From Minisyncoccia bacterium (GTDB taxonomy: Bacteria > Patescibacteriota > Minisyncoccia > Phycocordibacterales > UBA918), in contig JBGSSW010000008.1 in assembly GCA_041736805.1 (NCBI GenBank), positions 68,897 through 127,298 on the forward strand: a DNA stretch of 58,402 nt, in the 5' to 3' direction. Shown here one piece after another: positions 45,278 to 53,595 of this stretch (the first letter of the stretch is position 1; each line of letters opens with the position of its first letter). Position numbers and translations under genes: made by a program. Below the pieces are notes generated by a model that was given only the letters and a program-made list of their open reading frames with translations, was not told the origin of the DNA and did no database searches.

Positions 45278-46147
45278 ATGGATATGACAGACCCTATTAC
45301 AGTTCAAGCACTTACTCAGGCAATGGACACTTCCGCTAAGGTCGCTCAAACTCCTGGCTTAATGACTATTGCAGACAGGCTGTTCGGCTTTAAGTTAAGC
45401 GAATGGAAAGCTCAGGGTGACATAGTAAAGGCACAAATGCACCAGGAATATAAGGAAGCTACAGAGAAAGGGTTAGGTATGCAGTATGCTACTGCGTTTC
45501 GAGAGAAGGCAAACGTCTTAAATACGCTCGCTAAAGCTACAGATTTTGTGAAGGAGGGTTTTGTTAGGGATGTAGAGCTAGACGAAGACGTTTTCTGGAA
45601 CTTGATAGACCACGCTAAAACTATTTCAAGAGAAGATGTGCAGGAGTTAATTGCTAAAATAATAGCCGGTGAATATAACGAACCTGGAACTTACACTATG
45701 AGTACTCTTCAAACTATAAAATCTTTAGGGCGAAACGAGTTAGATAAGTTAGAAAAGCTAGGGTCTTTGTTGGTTAATAAAATTATGATACCTGATAATG
45801 TTTTTCGTTTAGTACCAGGGTACACAGATTTTATAAAGAGTATCGGAATATCTTTTACGGAGTTTCAAACGTTGCAGAGCTTAGGCTTGGTGCATACAAA
45901 TACCGCAACAAGGAAAATAGAAAATCCAGATAAGAAAAACTTTAAGGTTGAGTATTTTGATAAGGCTATTTTTTTCAAGCTACAAGGAGACGAGGCTCAA
46001 ACAATCGAAGTTCCTGGATTTTACTCCCTTACTGATGTTGGCATCCAGTTGCTTCAGCATCTCAACCCTTCTGTTAATGACATTTACTATGAGTGGTTAA
46101 AAACAAATTATAAGATTGGGCATTATAATTTCGATAGCGCTACATAA
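45278..46147 (+). CDS. DUF2806-like protein
   Basis: DEDVFWNLIDHAKTISREDVQELIAKIIAGEYNEPGTYTMSTLQTIKSL..LTDVGIQL; true start may be 45284. Confidence 0.75.
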   Translation: MDMTDPITVQALTQAMDTSAKVAQTPGLMTIADRLFGFKLSEWKAQGDIVKAQMHQEYKEATEKGLGMQYATAFREKANVLNTLAKATDFVKEGFVRDVELDEDVFWNLIDHAKTISREDVQELIAKIIAGEYNEPGTYTMSTLQTIKSLGRNELDKLEKLGSLLVNKIMIPDNVFRLVPGYTDFIKSIGISFTEFQTLQSLGLVHTNTATRKIENPDKKNFKVEYFDKAIFFKLQGDEAQTIEVPGFYSLTDVGIQLLQHLNPSVNDIYYEWLKTNYKIGHYNFDSAT

Positions 46148-46150
46148 TTT

Positions 46151-46576
46151 ATGCGTGGTAAAAGCCGTACAAAAGAAGAAAAGCACGAACTATTTGAAGC
46201 TCTAGAGTATTACTTGAGTATGGGCTTTTCGCTTAAAAAAGCCTGCAATCTAGCTGATGTGCCGTATTCTACAGTCCGAGATATGCTCACTATTTATGAG
46301 CCACTTCGTGCTATTACGACCGCTTTACAAAACGACGTAAACGTAAAAGCTAGGCGGAACATCATTAACCAAATTGAAAAGGGCAATGTAAAAGCTTCGC
46401 AGTGGTGGCTAGAGCGCTTTGACTATACTGAGCCACAAGTGTCACCTCAGTTCGGTGGGGAAAAAGAGATGCTTCTTACTTATCTAGAAGCGAAGCACGA
46501 TTGGGAGAAGGGAGTGGATGAGGAGTATGTAGAAAACTTTAAGGTCCTCGCCAAAAAATTATATGAACCCACTTGA
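46151..46576 (+). CDS. HTH protein resembling phage terminase small subunit / DNA-binding proteins
   Basis: LSMGFSLKKACNLADVPYSTV..GNVKASQWWLER; overlaps the recombinase start. Confidence 0.55.
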   Translation: MRGKSRTKEEKHELFEALEYYLSMGFSLKKACNLADVPYSTVRDMLTIYEPLRAITTALQNDVNVKARRNIINQIEKGNVKASQWWLERFDYTEPQVSPQFGGEKEMLLTYLEAKHDWEKGVDEEYVENFKVLAKKLYEPT

Positions 46577-48206
46577 TGGCATTGTAACGACCACTCAACT
46601 TGTTGAGCTTATTCAGCAAAGCCAGCCAAAGCGTGATGAGACGCCCCAAAACCTGCGCTATGCGATTTATGTGCGTAAATCTACCGATGATAGCGACAAA
46701 CAAGTCAGGTCACTAGAGGACCAACTAGATGAGTGTAAGAAGGTCGCTCGGGATTTAGGAGCGGTGGTTTTAGCTGAAAACATCATAGAAGAAAGCGAGA
46801 CGGCAAAAGAGGCGGGCGTGCGACCGAAGTTTAGAAAGATGCTCGATAGGATTATTGCAGGGGAGTTAGATGCCGTCATTGCGTGGCATCCAAATCGCCT
46901 AACACGCAATATGCTCGAAGCAGGCGAAATTATTGACCTGCTTGATAAATACATAATCAAGGACCTTAAGTTTTCTAGTCATACGTTCGTAAACGACGCC
47001 TCAGGTAAAATGTTGCTCGGTATTGTGTTTGTGATGGCTAAACAGTACTCAGAACAGTTGAGCGCTGATATTAAGCGAGGAAACGAGAAGAGTGTTGAGG
47101 CAGGTCTTTATATAAATAAACCAAAGCACGGCTATCTTAAAGATAATAATAAAAGACTACAGCCAGATGCAGGAAATTGGGCGATTATCAAAGAGGCTTT
47201 TCAGATGAAGCTAAGAAGCAATACTCTAGAAGAGATTGCGTCATTTATACGAAACTCAGGGTACTACAGCAGAGGTAAGGAGAATAAGAGAAGAGATGTG
47301 AAGGTATCACTCTCGATGCTCGGAAACATTTTTAGTGACCCGATTTATGCGGGAGTATTGCAGTACGGAAAAGGAGTAGTTGACCTTATGGAGCTGTACG
47401 ATTTTACACCAATGATTACAGTTGAAGAGTACTTAAAAATAAATCAGTACAGGTCACTTAAACAGGCATTTAAGACACGCAAGCACGAACGTGGTAACGA
47501 TAAGCGAGTAGCAGACTTTTTGCCTCGTAAAGTCTATTGCTCAGAGTGTGACGGTTTGATGCAGGCGGGAGTAAGTGATGGAAAAACTAAAAAGTACTAT
47601 TATTTTAGATGTGTGACTGAGGACTGTGTCCGATTTAAGTTGAGTACAAGGGCTAAGGTGATATTAGACTTTGTGGATGAGTTTTTACGAAATAAACCAT
47701 TTGTATCTGAGGAAACTTACTCTAGTTATCGGACCGAAATTATTCGTATACAAAATGCAGGCTTGTCAGAAATAAACTCACATATCGCTAGTGCTACTAA
47801 GAAGGCAAGTCTATACGCAGATGATATTGCCTCAGTGAAACTAAACCTCTCGAAAGAAACCGACCTAGATACTAAACAAGTGCAGAAGCAAGAGTTAAAG
47901 AGACTTGAAAAAGCTTTGCTAGAAAGTCGGACATTTGCAGAAGAGATGCGGTCCAAGAAAGAGAAGGTGAGTAAAGCGCCATATACCTTTAAGGAGTTTT
48001 CGGAGATTATGGACGCAATACCAGCAAAAATTAAGAAAGTTCAATCGACAACAGAAAAAGACGCCTTAGTAGCGCCTATCTTCTTGAACTTTACAGTTTC
48101 TGCAAAAAAGGTAGAAAATTACTCACTTAATTCACCTTTTGATAGGCTAATAAGTAAAGATTTTCCGAAATGTGGAGCAGTTTGCTACAAGTTAAACAAA
48201 GTCTGA
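46563..48206 (+). CDS. Large serine recombinase (integrase)
   Basis: YAIYVRKST..SLEDQ, RPKFRKML, WHPNRLTRN, Zn ribbon CSEC..YYFRC..C, coiled coil. Confidence 0.93.
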   Translation: MNPLDGIVTTTQLVELIQQSQPKRDETPQNLRYAIYVRKSTDDSDKQVRSLEDQLDECKKVARDLGAVVLAENIIEESETAKEAGVRPKFRKMLDRIIAGELDAVIAWHPNRLTRNMLEAGEIIDLLDKYIIKDLKFSSHTFVNDASGKMLLGIVFVMAKQYSEQLSADIKRGNEKSVEAGLYINKPKHGYLKDNNKRLQPDAGNWAIIKEAFQMKLRSNTLEEIASFIRNSGYYSRGKENKRRDVKVSLSMLGNIFSDPIYAGVLQYGKGVVDLMELYDFTPMITVEEYLKINQYRSLKQAFKTRKHERGNDKRVADFLPRKVYCSECDGLMQAGVSDGKTKKYYYFRCVTEDCVRFKLSTRAKVILDFVDEFLRNKPFVSEETYSSYRTEIIRIQNAGLSEINSHIASATKKASLYADDIASVKLNLSKETDLDTKQVQKQELKRLEKALLESRTFAEEMRSKKEKVSKAPYTFKEFSEIMDAIPAKIKKVQSTTEKDALVAPIFLNFTVSAKKVENYSLNSPFDRLISKDFPKCGAVCYKLNKV

Positions 48207-48253
48207 TTGAAATGGAATGCCCAAATTTCTTTAAAATTGTTGATTTGTGGTAG

Positions 48254-48826
48254 TTACCATTTTACAAATTCCTTTTTAATCCCAAGCTCATTCCATAATC
48301 CTTCTACCCAGTCTTTGTCAGTTCCGTGACTGGCGTAGTGTGAGTAGCATACGTAAGCGTTTTTAAAGTCGTTGCCGAAGAATTCCAAATAGAAGGGCAG
48401 TATTCCTTTTCCTAAGACTATGAAGACTGTATTTTCGCTCACTCCAATGTCAGCCATTTCTTGTTTGAATATGTTCACATTCTCGGCCAGTATGTCAGGG
48501 TTTTGCTTTATATATGCATAAAGTTTAGCTGATTTCGATTCGGGTATGCCTTTAAACAAATCAGTCAGGTAAGAGCCACGTAGTGCGGTGTCATTACAGG
48601 CATACATTAGTTTTCTGTCATTTTTACCACCATGAAAGTTAGCCCAGGGTGTATCTAACAGAGGTTTTGATATGTTTAGGCCTAGAAATACATATCTGGA
48701 ATGAAGTTCCGCAACATTGGTGTCAATCACAGTGACGTCGTTTTTCGTATTTTCATCCCAAATTGCCCAGCTGGCGTAAGACCCGTGCCTTGTTTTTAGT
48801 AGGTTGTATTTATTCTCAGTGTACAT
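48254..48826 (-). CDS. Hypothetical protein, uracil-DNA glycosylase-superfamily-like
   Basis: VFLGLNIS (motif A-like), YLTDLFK, FIVLGK, YSHYAS (motif B-like). Confidence 0.5.
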   Translation of the reverse strand: MYTENKYNLLKTRHGSYASWAIWDENTKNDVTVIDTNVAELHSRYVFLGLNISKPLLDTPWANFHGGKNDRKLMYACNDTALRGSYLTDLFKGIPESKSAKLYAYIKQNPDILAENVNIFKQEMADIGVSENTVFIVLGKGILPFYLEFFGNDFKNAYVCYSHYASHGTDKDWVEGLWNELGIKKEFVKW

Positions 48827-48831
48827 ACCTA

Positions 48832-49047
48832 TTACCCTATAAGGTATTGTGTTGCCAGTCCAATTATAGAGATAGCTAGCGCACCGCTCGCTATCTTCAC
48901 GAGGCGGTTACCAGTCTCTTTGAACACTGAAACAGTGAACCATTTCAGTAGGGAATAGGTCCAGACGAACGGACGGGACAAAAGCCACAGTGTCATAAAT
49001 ACACCGCTAAGCACCTGCTCTCCTATTGCTCGAAAATCGTTATTCAT
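48832..49047 (-). CDS. Small membrane protein
   Basis: Two hydrophobic stretches; directly upstream of and co-oriented with the UDG-like gene. Confidence 0.55.
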   Translation of the reverse strand: MNNDFRAIGEQVLSGVFMTLWLLSRPFVWTYSLLKWFTVSVFKETGNRLVKIASGALAISIIGLATQYLIG

Positions 49048-49178
49048 AGTTACAACATAATAATTAGTTTTGTCCAAGTCCTTATGTAACAAGGGTATTA
49101 TTGCGTTTAGGCTCTAAACTGGAACAGTACAGTGGTTGTGTGTATTGCGTAATTTCTATATATAGGTATAGTGACTGT

Positions 49179-49766
49179 GTGCAGTATAAACAAATACATC
49201 AATTTGCTGAAGTACTCCCAGGATACGCATTCCGTGGAGCTATCAATCATAACCCAATTGGAATGTTTTTTGTTGCACAGGCATCAAATATTAATGCGAA
49301 CCAGCTTTTTCTGGATTCAGAATCACTGAAGCGTACTGATGATGCACCAATCCGTGCAAAAGCCTTTCTTGATGAGGGTGATGTGCTTATCGCTTCACGT
49401 ACCTCAATGACTGGGGGATTCAAAGCCTGTGTATTTGCAGGGTATGAGCAACCAGTGATTGCTACCTCATCCACATTCATCATCAGACCCGATGAGTCGA
49501 TTGTGACCAGTGAATACCTTTCTATATTTCTTAATAGTGCGATGGGTCAAATCGAGCTTAATCGGGACACTAGCGGGTCATATATCAAGGCTCTACTACG
49601 TAAACAATTGTTAACAGTGTCGATACCGATACTGAGCCTAGAGGAGCAAAAGATTCTGGCAGACTTATCAAGAAACACCTCCGAACAGAATACGCTCCTC
49701 GAACGGAAGATTCAACTGAACCAAAACATTTTACAAGGCGCATTATTCAATAAATTAGACAAATAA
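49179..49766 (+). CDS. Single-TRD HsdS-like (half) specificity subunit
   Basis: EVLPGYAFR, LDEGDVLIASR, EYLSIFLNS..GQ, VSIPILSLEEQK; GTG start after TTGCGT-N16-TATAGT. Confidence 0.8.
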   Translation: MQYKQIHQFAEVLPGYAFRGAINHNPIGMFFVAQASNINANQLFLDSESLKRTDDAPIRAKAFLDEGDVLIASRTSMTGGFKACVFAGYEQPVIATSSTFIIRPDESIVTSEYLSIFLNSAMGQIELNRDTSGSYIKALLRKQLLTVSIPILSLEEQKILADLSRNTSEQNTLLERKIQLNQNILQGALFNKLDK

Positions 49767-49767
49767 T

Positions 49768-51282
49768 ATGGCAACAGCAAAAACAGTCACACAGGAAGAC
49801 CTCAACAACATCCTCTGGGATGCGGCTAATTCGTCACGCTCATCACTCGATGCGGCTGACTATAAGGACTATGCTCTTGTCATGTTGTTTTATAAATACC
49901 TTAGCGACCTTTCAAAGAAACAGCACGATAAGTACAAGGAGCGTTTTGGTAACGATGAGACACGCATCCAAGAAAAGATGAAACTCGACCGTTTCTATCT
50001 ACCACCAGGCACTTCGTTTGATGAGGTATATAAAAAGATTGAGGAGGACAACCTCGGTGAACGATTGAACGTTGCTCTCGATAAAATTGAAGACCATAAC
50101 CGTACCAAACTCGAAGGTGTCTTTAGTGTCGACTTCAACTCAGAAGCTAAGCTCGGCAAGCTGGAGCAGCGAAATAAGATGCTTCGCCATTTGATGCATG
50201 ATTTTTATGGCGTTGACCTCACCGACATCAACGAAGATGTCATCGGCAACTCGTACATGTATATGATTGAACGCTTCGGTGCGGACGCTGGTAAGAAAGC
50301 TGGTGAATTTTTTACAGTCAGGACAGTAGCTCGACTCGTAGCGATGCTTGCGCAACCAGAACCAGGTGACCGTATCTGTGACCCAGCTTGTGGTTCAGGT
50401 GGTTTGTTGCTCTTGGCTGGTGAGGAAATTGAAAAGCAAGGTTCGCACGACTATGCCTTGTATGGCCAAGAAAGCACAGGTAGTACGTTCCAGCTTGCGC
50501 GTATGAATATGTTCTTGCACGGTAAAGACTCAGCACGGCTTGAGTGGGGTGACACGCTTAATAACCCGTTACTGGTAGAGGATGGCAAGCTCATGAAATT
50601 TGATGTGGTCGTGGCAAACCCTCCATTTTCCTTGGCGAAGTGGGGTGCGGAAATTGCAGAAAGTGACAGATACAATCGTTTCCATCGTGGCGTACCGCCA
50701 AAAGAGAAAGGTGATTTCGCTTTTATCTCACACATGGTCGAGACAGCGAAGCCAAAGACTGGCCGGGTAGCGGTGATTGTGCCGCACGGAGTGCTGTTTC
50801 GTGGCGGAGCAGAAGGAAAGATTCGTCAACAGTTGCTTAAGGAAAATGTTATTGATGCCGTGATTGGTTTACCACCAGGTCTGTTTCAGACGACTGGTAT
50901 TCCAGTAGCCATTCTTATTATTGACCGTTCACGTGAGAAGGGAGGAGAAAATGAAAAGAAGAAAGATGTTTTCTTTATCGAGGCGTCAAAGGAGTACAAG
51001 TCAGGCAAGGCGCAAAATACACTCACTGACGATAATCTCAAACATATTTATGACACCTACCTTAAGCGAAAGGACGTCGATAAATTTGCTCGTAAGGTAA
51101 AGCCAGAGGAGATTGTAGAAAACGACTACAACCTTAACATCACTCGGTACGTTGACACCTACGTAGAGGAAGCACCTGTTGATATTCAAGCGAACCTCAA
51201 GGAGTTGGCTGAGCTTGAGCCTGAGTTGGAGAAATTAGAAAAAGAGATGGCTGGGTATCTTAAGAAGTTAGGTATTAAGTAA
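49768..51282 (+). CDS. hsdM: Type I R-M N6-adenine methyltransferase subunit M
   Basis: GEFFT, DPACGSG, VANPPF, PHGVLFRG, YNLNITRYV. Confidence 0.97.
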   Translation: MATAKTVTQEDLNNILWDAANSSRSSLDAADYKDYALVMLFYKYLSDLSKKQHDKYKERFGNDETRIQEKMKLDRFYLPPGTSFDEVYKKIEEDNLGERLNVALDKIEDHNRTKLEGVFSVDFNSEAKLGKLEQRNKMLRHLMHDFYGVDLTDINEDVIGNSYMYMIERFGADAGKKAGEFFTVRTVARLVAMLAQPEPGDRICDPACGSGGLLLLAGEEIEKQGSHDYALYGQESTGSTFQLARMNMFLHGKDSARLEWGDTLNNPLLVEDGKLMKFDVVVANPPFSLAKWGAEIAESDRYNRFHRGVPPKEKGDFAFISHMVETAKPKTGRVAVIVPHGVLFRGGAEGKIRQQLLKENVIDAVIGLPPGLFQTTGIPVAILIIDRSREKGGENEKKKDVFFIEASKEYKSGKAQNTLTDDNLKHIYDTYLKRKDVDKFARKVKPEEIVENDYNLNITRYVDTYVEEAPVDIQANLKELAELEPELEKLEKEMAGYLKKLGIK

Positions 51283-51284
51283 GT

Positions 51285-52355
51285 ATGTTCGGTCGAATTA
51301 TTACTAGGTCAACATCAAATGCCACAATGGAGGTGAGTCCTATTGTGTTGCGTGAGACTTCGAATTCAAGACTTGTCTTTGCACCAGTCTGGGTTGATGC
51401 TTCAGGGAATCCGCTGCGAGGTGTTTTCCGATACGAGAAAAAGTCTCGGCTTGGTACATGGGAAGCTACTGAACATCAGAACTTAAATACCCTCAAGACA
51501 GATGAAGGCTATGAACTCTCTTTGAAAGGAGAGGAAGTAACAACCTTACTCAATCGGCTTGCAGAAATAAACACCACCTTAGCAAAATACGGTCATTCTT
51601 ACGGTACTTCGATTGTGCCACTAACAAAAGAAAGTGCTCCTGGTATTTTCCTGCAAATTGGTGACATCAGTAACCGCGACTGGGTGATTGAGCAACTTCG
51701 CGCCCTTGAAGACGCAAACTTCGAAAACCTCGGTTTGGCTATTGGTCGTGCTCGAATCGAATCTGCAATCTCTGATATGGAGGGTAGCCTATCAAATCAC
51801 GACGAAAAATATTGGCAAACCTTTTTTGAGGAGCGACCTTGGATATTACAACAAGTATTTGCATTTCCAGTTATTTATCTCAATGGAGAAACATTCTTAG
51901 GTGGTAAAAACTCGAAAGGGCGACAAGGTTCGGGGGGTTCTGCAACAGACTTTCTTTTCAAGAACGGATCAAATGGAAGCTTTGCTGTGGTGGAAATCAA
52001 AGAACCAGGTTGTAATTTGACTGGTACTTGCTATAGGGGTGATGAGGGTTCTGGTCTAAATAATGAAGTCTATCGCATTCATGGTGACTTATCTGGTGGT
52101 GTGGTCCAGATGGAGAATCAAATTCATATTGCGACAGAATACTTTAAATCTCAAATTGGTGATGATTATGACGGACTTAATCACCTGAATCCATGCGGAG
52201 TACTTATTGCTGGAACCTATAGTGGCTACACAAATGCACAGAAAAAGTCTTTTGATTTGTTCAGGAAGTCTCTTGGTAAAAACCAAATACTTACATTTGA
52301 TGAAGTACTTGCAAAACTAAAATTACTTAAAACAGTTTATGAACAACAATCCTAA
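51285..52355 (+). CDS. sduA: Shedu anti-phage nuclease SduA (DUF4263)
   Basis: EKYWQTFFEERPWIL, ETFLGGK, TDFL..VVEIKEP, LSGGVVQ, SFDLFRKSL..ILTFDE. Confidence 0.85.
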   Translation: MFGRIITRSTSNATMEVSPIVLRETSNSRLVFAPVWVDASGNPLRGVFRYEKKSRLGTWEATEHQNLNTLKTDEGYELSLKGEEVTTLLNRLAEINTTLAKYGHSYGTSIVPLTKESAPGIFLQIGDISNRDWVIEQLRALEDANFENLGLAIGRARIESAISDMEGSLSNHDEKYWQTFFEERPWILQQVFAFPVIYLNGETFLGGKNSKGRQGSGGSATDFLFKNGSNGSFAVVEIKEPGCNLTGTCYRGDEGSGLNNEVYRIHGDLSGGVVQMENQIHIATEYFKSQIGDDYDGLNHLNPCGVLIAGTYSGYTNAQKKSFDLFRKSLGKNQILTFDEVLAKLKLLKTVYEQQS

Positions 52356-53580
52356 AATGAAACAAAACATTCCTGATGACTGGATTGAGGAAAAAATTGG
52401 AGATTTTGCAAAAGTCTATGATGGTACACATATGACACCTGATTATGTTGATGAGGGTATCCCTTTTTATAGTGTCGAGCATGTTACCGCTAATGATTTT
52501 ACAGAAACAAAGTTCATTGCTAAGGATATATTTGACAAGGAGAATGAAAGAGTGAGGCTTGAGAAAGGCGATGTTCTGATGACCCGTATAGGAGATATTG
52601 GTAAAGCGAAATACATCGATTGGGATGTAGAAGCATCTTTTTATGTAAGTTTAGCACTTCTAAAAATTAGAAAAAATGTTGATTCAAAGTTTATTTCATA
52701 TGCGATAAATGGGTTAGAGGGCCAAAAAGAGATATGGGCGAAATCCATTCATGTAGCATATCCCAAAAAAATAAACTTAGGAGACATATCGAAATGTGTA
52801 TTAAAATTACCGAAAAATCACAAAGAGCAACGGCGAATAGTAAAAGTGCTTGAAACGTGGGACATGGCAATTGAGAAGATTGAACGGACGATTGTTCTTA
52901 AGCGTGAATTAAAAAAAGGTTTGATGCAAAGACTTTTGACAGGTGAATTACGTCTATCAGGATTTAGTAGTGAGTGGAAAAAATGTAATTTGGGTGACTT
53001 GTACGAAATCACTTCCAGTAAAAGGGTATTCGAAAGTCAGTGGACTACGCAGGGTGTACCTTTCTACCGAGCGCGTGAAATAGTAAAGCTTGCAAAACAC
53101 GGTTTCGTTGAAAATGAATTATTCATCTCGAGAGAAATGTTCGATAACTACAAGACTAAGTATGGAGCACCAAAAAATAACGACTTACTAATAACAGGGG
53201 TTGGCACAATTGGTCGTCTGTACAGGGTTAGGGAAAATGATGAGTTTTATTTCAAGGATGGAAATATTCTTTGGCTAAAGCACAAAGATGGGGTTTCGAG
53301 TGAGTTCATCGAACAACTTTTTAGCACCAGAAATATACAAAAGCAGGTTATTGGTAGCTCACCCATCACAACAGTTGCTACGTATACAATTGATGCCGCA
53401 AAAAAGACAAAAGTATTCATTCCTGACTTTGAGGAACAGGTAGCAATTGCCAGTGTGTTAATGACTTTTGACGAAGAAATAAGTTTATTGGTTAGGAAAA
53501 GAAAGCGAATACTCGACCAAAAAAGGTACCTCCTAAACAATCTAGTCACTGGTCAGATACGAACACCAGAAAACTTATAA
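52339..53580 (+). CDS. hsdS: Type I R-M specificity subunit S (two TRDs)
   Basis: IPDDW, EQRRIVKVL..LKKGLMQRLLTGE spacer, PDFEEQVAIASVL. Confidence 0.95.
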   Translation: MNNNPKMKQNIPDDWIEEKIGDFAKVYDGTHMTPDYVDEGIPFYSVEHVTANDFTETKFIAKDIFDKENERVRLEKGDVLMTRIGDIGKAKYIDWDVEASFYVSLALLKIRKNVDSKFISYAINGLEGQKEIWAKSIHVAYPKKINLGDISKCVLKLPKNHKEQRRIVKVLETWDMAIEKIERTIVLKRELKKGLMQRLLTGELRLSGFSSEWKKCNLGDLYEITSSKRVFESQWTTQGVPFYRAREIVKLAKHGFVENELFISREMFDNYKTKYGAPKNNDLLITGVGTIGRLYRVRENDEFYFKDGNILWLKHKDGVSSEFIEQLFSTRNIQKQVIGSSPITTVATYTIDAAKKTKVFIPDFEEQVAIASVLMTFDEEISLLVRKRKRILDQKRYLLNNLVTGQIRTPENL

Positions 53581-53595
53581 GCTAACAACAACACT

